64,000 bases of DNA from an uncultured Fidelibacterota bacterium (GTDB taxonomy: Bacteria > Fidelibacterota > Marinisomatia > Marinisomatales > Marinisomataceae). The notes below the pieces were generated by a model. It was not told where the DNA came from, did no database searches, and was given only the letters and a program-made list of their open reading frames with translations. The DNA lies in assembly GCA_902599655.1 (NCBI GenBank), contig CACKGC010000002.1, positions 13,951 through 77,950 of the forward strand. The letters run 5' to 3'. Shown here piece after piece: positions 1 to 9,591 of this stretch (positions are counted from its first letter, which is position 1; every line of letters begins with the position of its first letter). Both the position numbers and the translations under genes were made by a program.

Positions 1-246
1 ACAGCTTTAGTAAAAGAACATACAAATCATTTGAAAGGATTAAAAATTTCAGTGATGGGTTGTATTGTCAATGGACCTGGAGAAATGGCAGATGCGGACT
101 ATGGTTATGTAGGTTCTGGAGATGGAGTTATATCTCTTTATAAAGGCAAAGAATTAGTTAAAAGAAATATTTCAAGTGAGCAAGCTGTGGATGAATTGAT
201 TCAGTTAATTAAAGAAAATGACGATTGGGTCGATCCCAAAAATTAA
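1..246 (+). CDS. ispG: HMBPP synthase IspG, C-terminal part (5'-truncated by window edge)
   Basis: Frame open from base 1 ([13 protein letters not shown]...); motif [18 protein letters not shown] of the IspG Fe-S domain. Confidence 0.93.
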   Translation, partial: TALVKEHTNHLKGLKISVMGCIVNGPGEMADADYGYVGSGDGVISLYKGKELVKRNISSEQAVDELIQLIKENDDWVDPKN

Positions 247-291
247 CTTACATTGCTTGAACAATTAAACTTTTATGTGTAAAGTCCTTTC

Positions 292-1338
292 ATGGGGTTA
301 GAAAACTATATACCAGCAAATTTATTGCTTTGGATAGAACCGATTGTTACAATCTTTTTGGGGATTGTTTTAGGGCTCTTTTTCAAAAAATTTCTTGTTT
401 CTAGGTTAAAATCTCTATCAGAGAAAAACAATTGGCAAAGCGATGACGTAGTTATCAATGCAATTGATTCAGTTATTGTATTTTGGTTCTTTTTGGCTTT
501 TTCTTCAATAGCTATTGGAAATACAGATCTTCCTGGCCCTGAAGATATATTCCAAAAGATTATATCAGCTTTTTTAATTATTTCTATTAGTTTTACTGCT
601 TCGAAGGTGGTGTTGGGACTGCTTGATATTTGGTCTCAGACAAATAAATCTCTTCCTTCAACAGGTATTTTTAAAGGCTTAACAAATGTTGCAATCTTTT
701 CTATTGGTATATTATTTATTCTCCAATCTTTTGGTATCTCAATTACACCTTTAATAACTGCTCTTGGTGTTGGTGGTTTAGCAGTTTCCTTAGCATTAAA
801 AGATACATTGTCTGATTTATTTGGAGGAATCAACATTCTTTTGAGTAAAACAATGCAAGAAGGTGATTATGTACAGCTAGACAACGGATACCAAGGTTAT
901 GTTGAAAACGTTGGTTGGAGATATACTACAATTCGTGAAAGAGCTAATAATATAATTTCTATCCCTAATTCTGTGCTTTCAGGTTCAATCTCTAAAAACT
1001 TTTCTTCTATGGATTCTGCTTTTAGAGTCCCTATTCAAATTGGAGTTTCATATGATAGCGATCTTGACCATGTTGAAAAAGTTGCTTTAGAAGTTGCAAA
1101 TGAAATTTATGAAGAGCTGGATTGCGTCAGTAAATCATATAAACCAGTTATAAGATTTAGAGAATTTGCAGATTCAAGTATTAATTTTTTTATTTATTTT
1201 CAAGGTAAGAACTTTGGTGATCATAACACTATTCTTAATAGCTACATAAAAAAGCTTCATAAAAAGTTTAAAGAGGAAAAAATCGATATTCCTTATCCAA
1301 TTAGAACTCTTATTCATAAGAATGAAATTAAGGATTAA
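292..1338 (+). CDS. mscS: Small-conductance mechanosensitive channel family protein
   Basis: N-terminal TM helices, ALGVGGLAVSLALKDTLSDLFGGI, GDYVQL, IPNS, IGVSYDSD, IDIPYP. Confidence 0.9.
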   Translation: MGLENYIPANLLLWIEPIVTIFLGIVLGLFFKKFLVSRLKSLSEKNNWQSDDVVINAIDSVIVFWFFLAFSSIAIGNTDLPGPEDIFQKIISAFLIISISFTASKVVLGLLDIWSQTNKSLPSTGIFKGLTNVAIFSIGILFILQSFGISITPLITALGVGGLAVSLALKDTLSDLFGGINILLSKTMQEGDYVQLDNGYQGYVENVGWRYTTIRERANNIISIPNSVLSGSISKNFSSMDSAFRVPIQIGVSYDSDLDHVEKVALEVANEIYEELDCVSKSYKPVIRFREFADSSINFFIYFQGKNFGDHNTILNSYIKKLHKKFKEEKIDIPYPIRTLIHKNEIKD

Positions 1339-1759
1339 AGCTTTTAACGCTAGAGCAAAAGAGCTCTATGAAAATCATTCACATTTTCATTCTGGCGATG
1401 CTGGATTAGATTTATTTGTTGTTGAAGATCAGACTATTCCAGCCAATAGTACACAACCAATTCCACTACAAATAGCTTGCGAAAATTTAGATAATAAAGC
1501 GTACTATTTATTTCCAAGGTCTAGTATATCTAAAACTCCATTGAGACTTGCTAATTCAATTGGTCTAATTGATGGTGGTTATAGAGGTGAGTTAGTTGGT
1601 ATGGTTGATAATATATATGATAAAGATTTCCATATTAAAAGAGGAGAAAGATATTTTCAATTAGTTGCTGTAGATAGTTCTCCAATTGACTTTGAATTAG
1701 TAGAAGAGCTGTCTGAATCTAGCCGAGGAGAAGGCGGATTTGGTAGTACAGGCAGATAA
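1322..1759 (+). CDS. dut: Trimeric dUTPase
   Basis: Motifs AGLDL, PRSS, GLIDGGYRGE, YFQL, RGEGGFGSTG. Confidence 0.95.
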   Translation: MKLRIKAFNARAKELYENHSHFHSGDAGLDLFVVEDQTIPANSTQPIPLQIACENLDNKAYYLFPRSSISKTPLRLANSIGLIDGGYRGELVGMVDNIYDKDFHIKRGERYFQLVAVDSSPIDFELVEELSESSRGEGGFGSTGR

Positions 1760-1805
1760 TTAATATTTCATTTGTTATTCTAGCTACTAAATTTTAAAAT
1801 TACCG

Positions 1806-1837
1806 TGCAAAAAATAAGTAAATATGACATTTTTGCA
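1806..1837. promoter_or_regulatory. 8-bp inverted repeat (TGCAAAAA-N16-TTTTTGCA), candidate regulator site upstream of the groES promoter
   Basis: Dyad read directly; ends 23 bp upstream of the -24 element. Confidence 0.4.
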
Positions 1838-1860
1838 TAAAAAATAGTTAAAATGCTAAT

Positions 1861-1876
1861 TGGCACATTTTTTGCA
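1861..1876 (+). promoter_or_regulatory. Sigma-54 (-24/-12) promoter of groESL
   Basis: TGGCAC-ATTTT-TTGCA matches TGGCAC-N5-TTGCW exactly, 41 nt before the groES ATG. Confidence 0.75.
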
Positions 1877-1917
1877 TTGATAACTATAGATTATTTAACA
1901 AAAAAAAGGATGAAACA

Positions 1918-2208
1918 ATGTCTTTAAAAATTAAACCGCTCGAAGATAGAGTAGTTGTAGAAGCAATGGCTGCTGATGAAACAACAGCTAGTGGAATTAT
2001 ACTTCCTGATACTGCTCAAGAAAAACCTCAACAAGGTACTGTAGTTGTGGTTGGTCCAGGAAAAAATAATGAAGATGGTACTACAAGTAAAATGACTGTT
2101 AAGACAGGCGATGTAGTATTATATGGTAAATATTCAGGTACAGAAATCACCTATGAAGGCAAAGACTTGCTTATCATGAGAGAGAGTGATATTCTGGCAA
2201 TTTTATAA
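1918..2208 (+). CDS. groES: Co-chaperonin GroES
   Basis: [31 protein letters not shown]. Confidence 0.99.
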   Translation: MSLKIKPLEDRVVVEAMAADETTASGIILPDTAQEKPQQGTVVVVGPGKNNEDGTTSKMTVKTGDVVLYGKYSGTEITYEGKDLLIMRESDILAIL

Positions 2209-2218
2209 GGAGGATTAA

Positions 2219-3862
<1,644 letters not shown>

Positions 3863-3893
3863 TTGATTTTTCTGAAAAAAGTGAAAATAAAAT

Positions 3894-3928
3894 ACAAAAA
3901 ACCCTCTATTTTGAGGGTTTTTTGTTTG
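3894..3928 (+). terminator. Rho-independent terminator after groEL (possibly bidirectional)
   Basis: 13-bp perfect stem ACAAAAAACCCTC / GAGGGTTTTTTGT, 6-nt loop, T-rich tail. Confidence 0.88.
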
Positions 3929-3940
3929 TAAAATAGTATT

Positions 3941-4450
3941 ATGTTTAAAAATAAAGTTTATTTATCTATAGGATCAAATATTGGAGATAGAGAATCGAAT
4001 ATTGCCTCAACTATTGCAATGTTGGGCTCATATATCGAAATTTCAAAAATAAGATCCTCGTCATTTTACAAAACAGAACCTCTTTACAATGAAAATCAAC
4101 CATCTTTTCTTAATATTGTTTTAGAGCTTGAAACTACTTTAACTGCCTTTCAACTTTTAGATAAGATTCATGAAATCGAAAAAATGTTAGGCAGAGAAGA
4201 GAAAAGACAAAAAAATCAACCTCGAACAATTGATATTGATATAATAATTTTCAAAGATAGTTTTATAGATACTCCAAATTTACAAATACCACATCCAGGG
4301 GCTTTAATAAGAAAATTTGTTTTGATTCCCTTAGCAGAACTAGCTTCAGATGAAATTTTTCCTAAAACTAATATTAAAATTGTTGATTTACTTGAAAAGT
4401 GTCCTGATACTTCAGTAGTTCAAAAATATATTATTGATAAGAAAGCATGA
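3941..4450 (+). CDS. folK: 6-hydroxymethyl-dihydropterin pyrophosphokinase
   Basis: YLSIGSNIGD, FLN, PRTIDIDII, IPHP, FVLIPL. Confidence 0.95.
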   Translation: MFKNKVYLSIGSNIGDRESNIASTIAMLGSYIEISKIRSSSFYKTEPLYNENQPSFLNIVLELETTLTAFQLLDKIHEIEKMLGREEKRQKNQPRTIDIDIIIFKDSFIDTPNLQIPHPGALIRKFVLIPLAELASDEIFPKTNIKIVDLLEKCPDTSVVQKYIIDKKA

Positions 4451-5088
4451 AAGAATTAGATATATATATTGCAATTGAAGGACCGATAGGCGTTGGAAAA
4501 ACAAGTCTTGCCAAGCTCATTGCAGACAAACTAAACGCTAGAAAAGTTTTTGAAAAATTTGAGGAAAATCCTTTTCTAAAAGATTTTTATGATGATCCAG
4601 AATCAAATGCATTCCAGACACAAATTTTTTTCCTTCTTCAAAGATATCAACAGCAACAAAAAGATATTAGACAATTGAATCTTCTGCAAAAAGGAGTAGT
4701 CACAGATTATATGTTTGAAAAAGACAGACTTTTTGCTGATTTTACTCTGAATTCTGAAGCAGAATTCAAACTTTATTCACACGTTGCTGATATTTTAGAG
4801 AAAGATATCGTTAAGCCTGATTTGGTAGTTTATTTGCAGGCAGATACTCCCAGACTGATGAAGAATATTAAAAAAAGAGGTAGGGATTTTGAAAAGTATG
4901 TAACACAAGATTATATCAATCAAGTTAATGAACGTTACCAAGAATTTTTTGTTAATTATGAAGAAGGTCCATTATTAATTATCAATACAAACAATATTGA
5001 CTTTGTAGAAAATTCAGAGGATTTTGAAAATCTTCTTAATGAAATCCATCAGCCTCATCAAGGTATAAAATATTTTAATCCATCATAA
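4447..5088 (+). CDS. Deoxynucleoside kinase (dCK/dGK family)
   Basis: IAIEGPIGVGKT P-loop, NPFLKDFY, QIFFL, PDLVVYL, KRGRDFE. Confidence 0.9.
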   Translation: MKELDIYIAIEGPIGVGKTSLAKLIADKLNARKVFEKFEENPFLKDFYDDPESNAFQTQIFFLLQRYQQQQKDIRQLNLLQKGVVTDYMFEKDRLFADFTLNSEAEFKLYSHVADILEKDIVKPDLVVYLQADTPRLMKNIKKRGRDFEKYVTQDYINQVNERYQEFFVNYEEGPLLIINTNNIDFVENSEDFENLLNEIHQPHQGIKYFNPS

Positions 5089-5089
5089 T

Positions 5090-5233
5090 ATGATAAAATA
5101 CATTATCGCAATAGCAGTTTTATGGTTTTTATACAGGATTTCAACGAAAAAAGATGAAAAAATTGTTGTTAAAAAAGATACAAAAATTGATTTTAAAAAA
5201 ATAAAGGATGCTGAGTTTGAAGATAATGAATAA
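5090..5233 (+). CDS. Small 47-aa single-pass membrane protein (not in the ORF track)
   Basis: ATG 1 nt after the dNK stop; MIKYIIAIAVLWFLYRISTKK...KIKDAEFEDNE; stop overlaps the next ATG. Confidence 0.7.
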   Translation: MIKYIIAIAVLWFLYRISTKKDEKIVVKKDTKIDFKKIKDAEFEDNE

Positions 5234-5810
5234 AACTATAATTCTGTTAATTACCATCTTTATGATTGGTTCATTGAATGCGCAAGACAAGATTCAAAAT
5301 ATAAATTTTCTCTTTGCAAATAATGGATATGGATTTGGGTATGAATATGAAAAATTTCAAAAATCGAACGTTTCAATTGGTTTAGATTTGAGATTTTATG
5401 ATGTAAGAAATGATGAATATCCAATTTATGATCCATTCTATAATCAGTTCACAGTTGCCGGAGAAAAAGATATCTTACTTTTCCCTTTATTTTTTAGAAC
5501 AAACTATTATTTATTTGATGGTCAAATAGCGAACAGTTTTAGGCCATATATAACATTTTCAATAGGACCTTTTATTGCCGTTGATGGTGATGAGACAATT
5601 TCAAGTTTCTCAAAAAAATGGAGCAGTACCGAATCACAAACTAATTTAGGTGCCTCTTTGGGATTTGGTGTTAATTTTTCTCAACCTTCAGGTAATACAT
5701 TATCTCTTGGACTAGGTTATGACCACTTAAATGTAGATAAACCAATTCACTCTAAAGATGATTTTGGAGGAGGTTATCTATTCCTAAAGTATCAAATAAA
5801 TCGTGAGTAA
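5226..5810 (+). CDS. Secreted, probable outer-membrane beta-barrel protein
   Basis: Signal peptide MNKTIILLITIFMIGSLNAQ (start moved from 5208); alternating aromatic/Gly strands (GYGFGYEY, RPYITFSIG, LGFGVNF, YLFLKY). Confidence 0.6.
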   Translation: MNKTIILLITIFMIGSLNAQDKIQNINFLFANNGYGFGYEYEKFQKSNVSIGLDLRFYDVRNDEYPIYDPFYNQFTVAGEKDILLFPLFFRTNYYLFDGQIANSFRPYITFSIGPFIAVDGDETISSFSKKWSSTESQTNLGASLGFGVNFSQPSGNTLSLGLGYDHLNVDKPIHSKDDFGGGYLFLKYQINRE

Positions 5811-6525
5811 TTTTTCAATTATAAATAAGGAAAACATCAAGAATTCAACCTTTGTTCTTGATGAAAAAGAATCTCATCATGTTGTTTCTGTCCTTAGACT
5901 TAAAGAGAACGATCAATTAATTCTTACAGATGGCCAGGGAACTATTTACAAAGCTATTCTAAATGAAGCGCATAAAAAGGCCGTTAAAGGTAAAATATTA
6001 GAAAAAGAGTTTGTTAAACATGAGAGAAATTATAGAGTTCATCTTGCACTGCCTTTAATTAAAAATAGTAGATTAAAGATAGCTCTTGAAAAATCTGTTG
6101 AGCTCGGAGTTGATGAATTAACCCCAATTAGATTCGATAAATCTGTAAAATCTTCAATAAATCACGATAAGTTTTTATCTTCGATTCATTCTGCATGTAA
6201 ACAAAGCATGAGAGCTTATTTTCCAAGGTTAAATAGATTAAAAAATTTTACTGAATGGTACGATGATCAATCTGTAAATATTGTATGTTTGATAAATTCA
6301 GATAAAACTGTTATTGAACAATTAGATACAATTAAAAATTTATCTAAAAATAAAAAAATTAATTTAATTGTAGGGCCTGAAGGTGATTTTTCAGACAATG
6401 AAAAAAAAATAATAAATGAAAAAAATTTCATTAAAGTTAATCTTGGGAGAACTATATTAAGGACTGAAACTGCTATAGTTTCTTTGATATCAATCATAAA
6501 TGAATTATTGATAAATAATGAATAA
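5803..6525 (+). CDS. rsmE: 16S rRNA m3U1498 methyltransferase
   Basis: HHVVSVLR, EKSVELGV, VGPEGDFS, LGRTILRTETA. Confidence 0.95.
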   Translation: MSNFSIINKENIKNSTFVLDEKESHHVVSVLRLKENDQLILTDGQGTIYKAILNEAHKKAVKGKILEKEFVKHERNYRVHLALPLIKNSRLKIALEKSVELGVDELTPIRFDKSVKSSINHDKFLSSIHSACKQSMRAYFPRLNRLKNFTEWYDDQSVNIVCLINSDKTVIEQLDTIKNLSKNKKINLIVGPEGDFSDNEKKIINEKNFIKVNLGRTILRTETAIVSLISIINELLINNE

Positions 6526-6862
6526 AACAATTTTCGAAAAAATAATTTTAAGGGAAATCCCTGCTACTATTCATCATGAAGATGATGATTTAATTATAAT
6601 TGACGACATTAATCCTGTAGCACCTATACATCTTTTAATAATTCCCAAAAAGAAAATCGAGACATTAAACGATTTGAATATTGAGGACTATGAATTAATT
6701 GGTAAAATGTTTCAAGCAGCCAAAAGCATGGCAATCAAATTAGGTATAGACAAGTCAGGATATAGGACTATTTTTAATTGTAATAGAGATGGAGGTCAAA
6801 CAGTTTACCATATTCATCTACATTTCATTGGAGGTAGATCTTTAGGGTGGCCTCCAGGATAA
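6518..6862 (+). CDS. hinT: HIT-family nucleotide hydrolase
   Basis: DINPVAPIHLLIIPK, GQTVYHIHLH triad, GWPPG end. Confidence 0.95.
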   Translation: MNKTIFEKIILREIPATIHHEDDDLIIIDDINPVAPIHLLIIPKKKIETLNDLNIEDYELIGKMFQAAKSMAIKLGIDKSGYRTIFNCNRDGGQTVYHIHLHFIGGRSLGWPPG

Positions 6863-6868
6863 TAAAAA

Positions 6869-8932
6869 ATGCATATTTCAAAATTAGAAATTTTTGGTTT
6901 TAAGTCTTTTGCAAAAAAAGAAACTGTTCTATTCAATTCTGGAATTACAGGAATAGTAGGCCCTAATGGTTGCGGTAAAACAAATATTGTAGATGCAATC
7001 AGATGGGTTTTAGGTGAGCAAAAGACTAAAAGGTTAAGAAGTTCAAAAATGGAAGACGTGATTTTTAATGGCGCTTCCAATGTAAAGCCTTTAGGTCTAT
7101 GTGAGGTTTATTTAACAATTGAAAATAATAAAGGATTGTTACCTGTTGAGTATTCAGAAGTTGAAATTGGAAGAAGATTATATAGATCTGGTGAAAGCGA
7201 ATATTTTATAAATAGAAACAATTGTAGATTGAAAGATATTTCCAATCTTTTTGTTGATACAGGATTAACCTCAGATGCATACTCTGTAATTGAATTAAAT
7301 ATGATAGAACAAATATTGTCTGATAAAGATGATAGTAGAAGGCAAATGTTTGAAGAAGCTGCTGGTGTAAATAAGTACAAAGCTAAAAGAAGATCTGCTA
7401 TGAAAAAGTTCGATTTAAATTCAAGAGATCTTGAGAGAATTGATGATATAATTGTTGAGATTGAAATACAAGTAAAGGCATTAGATTTACAATTAAAAAG
7501 GTTTAAAAGGCATGAGAAGCTAACAAATGAATTAAAAGAATTAGAATTAGATTTAGCTTCAGCGAGGATTAGTGATTTAAATAATATAATTAGTCCTTTA
7601 GAAGAAATGTTAAAAAAGAAGAATAATCTTTTGCAAAAAAATACTTCGAAAAAAGAGATTGAAACCGTCGAATTTGATAATGCAAGAGATAAATATTTAA
7701 ATGAGAAAGAGTTGCTTTCAAAAATGAAAGCAAAGGTTGATAAGCTCACAGAAAAGCTACTTTCAGAAATTCAAGAAAAGAACCAAGAATCATCCAAAGG
7801 TGTTGGATTACTGGAGGATGAGCTTCAAAAGAAGATTGAACAACTTAACCAGTTTGACACAGATTACATTAAGATTGTTTCTGAATGTAATGAATGCGGA
7901 AAAAACATAATTGAAACAGACAAGAAGTATGAAAAGCTTAAGGATAGTATTGAAGATTACAGAGACAAAATAGATGAATATAGAAAAGAAAAAGAATTTG
8001 ATTTTTCAAAAATGGATGCATCAATAAAAAAGATTCAAGATCAAATTAATTCAAATAATCTTGAGCTTGAAAACAAAGAAAATGAAGTGAATAAGGCTTT
8101 TATTAAGATGGAGTCAATAAGAGCAAAGCTTGATTCAGAAAAATTTAGCAAAGATGATCTTTTTTATGAAATCAAAGAAGCTGAAATGAAAATTGCAGAA
8201 TCAAAAATTAAAAAAACTCAAATTGAGCAGAATATTTCTGAAAAATTTGGAAATGATGTTGTTTTAAGTGATTTGAAAGAATACAACATTTCTGATATGG
8301 TTTTTAGAGTAGAAAAAATTAAAAGAAGTATAGATTCTATTGGTCCAATTAATTGGGCGGTCAAAGATGAGCATGAAGAAAAAACTGAAAGATTGAATAA
8401 TCTTTTGCAGCAGAGGTCTGATTTGATTGATGCAGAAAATAATTTAAAAGAAGCTATTAAAAAAATTGATATTGTAGCTGAAGAACAGTTTTTAGATACA
8501 TATAATCAGGTAAAAGAAAATTTTGAGAAAATGTTTACAGTTTTTTTCAATGGAGGTAAGGGTACAATTGAATTATCTGATCGAAATGATCCCTTAAATT
8601 CAGATATAAATATTTTTGCTCAGCCTCCTGGAAAAAGAAATAACTCACTTAAGATGTTATCTGCCGGAGAAAAGTCCTTAACTGCAATTGCATTACTGTT
8701 TTCTATTTATCAATACAAGCCAAGCCCATTTTGTATTTTGGATGAAATAGATGCACCTCTTGATGATATAAATATTAAAAAGTTTACTGATGTTATAAAA
8801 GACTACAGTAAAACTACCCAATTTATTATGGTTACTCATAATAAATTGACAATGGAATCAGCAGATTGCATTTATGGTGTAACAGCTGAAAAACAAGGAA
8901 TTTCAAAACTTATGTCCATTGATTTTTCATAA
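6869..8932 (+). CDS. smc: Smc-family ATPase, unusually short (687 aa), no hinge domain
   Basis: GFKSF, Walker A GPNGCGKTNIVDAIRWVLGEQ, MEDVIFNG, FEEAAG, GPIN, signature LSAGE, Walker B/D-loop PFCILDEIDAPLD, QFIMVTH. Confidence 0.88.
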   Translation: MHISKLEIFGFKSFAKKETVLFNSGITGIVGPNGCGKTNIVDAIRWVLGEQKTKRLRSSKMEDVIFNGASNVKPLGLCEVYLTIENNKGLLPVEYSEVEIGRRLYRSGESEYFINRNNCRLKDISNLFVDTGLTSDAYSVIELNMIEQILSDKDDSRRQMFEEAAGVNKYKAKRRSAMKKFDLNSRDLERIDDIIVEIEIQVKALDLQLKRFKRHEKLTNELKELELDLASARISDLNNIISPLEEMLKKKNNLLQKNTSKKEIETVEFDNARDKYLNEKELLSKMKAKVDKLTEKLLSEIQEKNQESSKGVGLLEDELQKKIEQLNQFDTDYIKIVSECNECGKNIIETDKKYEKLKDSIEDYRDKIDEYRKEKEFDFSKMDASIKKIQDQINSNNLELENKENEVNKAFIKMESIRAKLDSEKFSKDDLFYEIKEAEMKIAESKIKKTQIEQNISEKFGNDVVLSDLKEYNISDMVFRVEKIKRSIDSIGPINWAVKDEHEEKTERLNNLLQQRSDLIDAENNLKEAIKKIDIVAEEQFLDTYNQVKENFEKMFTVFFNGGKGTIELSDRNDPLNSDINIFAQPPGKRNNSLKMLSAGEKSLTAIALLFSIYQYKPSPFCILDEIDAPLDDINIKKFTDVIKDYSKTTQFIMVTHNKLTMESADCIYGVTAEKQGISKLMSIDFS

Positions 8933-9015
8933 AATAAATCATTTGTAGTATTCATTACTTTTAAACAAATTACGCCTGTTTTAATAACAAAATTAAAAAA
9001 AGAGAAAAATAGTTT

Positions 9016-9561
9016 ATGGCAACAAAAATTAGACTTAAAAGAATTGGTCGTAGAAATAGACCTTTTTATAGAATTATTATTATTGATTCGCGAAAAAGAA
9101 GAGACGGTTCTGCAATAGAGCAAGTAGGTTGGTATAATCCAATTGAAAGTAATAAAGAGAAAAATTATGTCTTAAAAGAAGATAGAATTCTTGAATGGTT
9201 GAAGCTTGGAGCGCAAGTTACGGATCCTGTAAACAAATTAATGAAAAGATCAGGATTATCATACAGATGGCATTTAATGAAGCAGGGTTTATCAGAAAAA
9301 GAAATAGATAAAGCTGTTGAAGAATGGAAAAAAGAAAGAGACAAGGTAATCCAAGATAGAATTAAAGCTAATGAAGCTAAAAAAGAAAAATTAAAAGCTG
9401 AGAAAGCTGCTGCTAAGGTTGCCGATGAAGCACCTGCTGAAGAGGCTCCTGCAGAAGAAGTAGCAGAAGAAGCACCTGCTGAAGAGGCTCCTGCAGAAGA
9501 AGTAGCAGAAGAAGCACCAACTGAAGAAGCTGAAGAAAAGCCAGTAGAAGAAAAAAAATAA
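9016..9561 (+). CDS. rpsP: 30S ribosomal protein S16 with acidic C-terminal extension
   Basis: KIRLKRIGRRNRPFYRII, DSRKRRDG, WLKLGAQ. Confidence 0.97.
   Translation: MATKIRLKRIGRRNRPFYRIIIIDSRKRRDGSAIEQVGWYNPIESNKEKNYVLKEDRILEWLKLGAQVTDPVNKLMKRSGLSYRWHLMKQGLSEKEIDKAVEEWKKERDKVIQDRIKANEAKKEKLKAEKAAAKVADEAPAEEAPAEEVAEEAPAEEAPAEEVAEEAPTEEAEEKPVEEKK
9427..9518 (+). repeat. 42-bp perfect tandem repeat (about 2.2 copies) encoding EAPAEEAPAEEVAE in the S16 tail
   Basis: GAAGCACCTGCTGAAGAGGCTCCTGCAGAAGAAGTAGCAGAA at 9427-9468 and 9469-9510, partial third copy. Confidence 0.92.
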
Positions 9562-9591
9562 GTTTTTCAACTTAATTTTTCGTCAAATGAT

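Noticed and set aside
1832-1859. Possible degenerate CIRCE (TTTGCATAA-N10-AAATGCTAA)
   Set aside because: Wrong spacer and too many mismatches to TTAGCACTC-N9-GAGTGCTAA; the sigma-54 match explains the region better.
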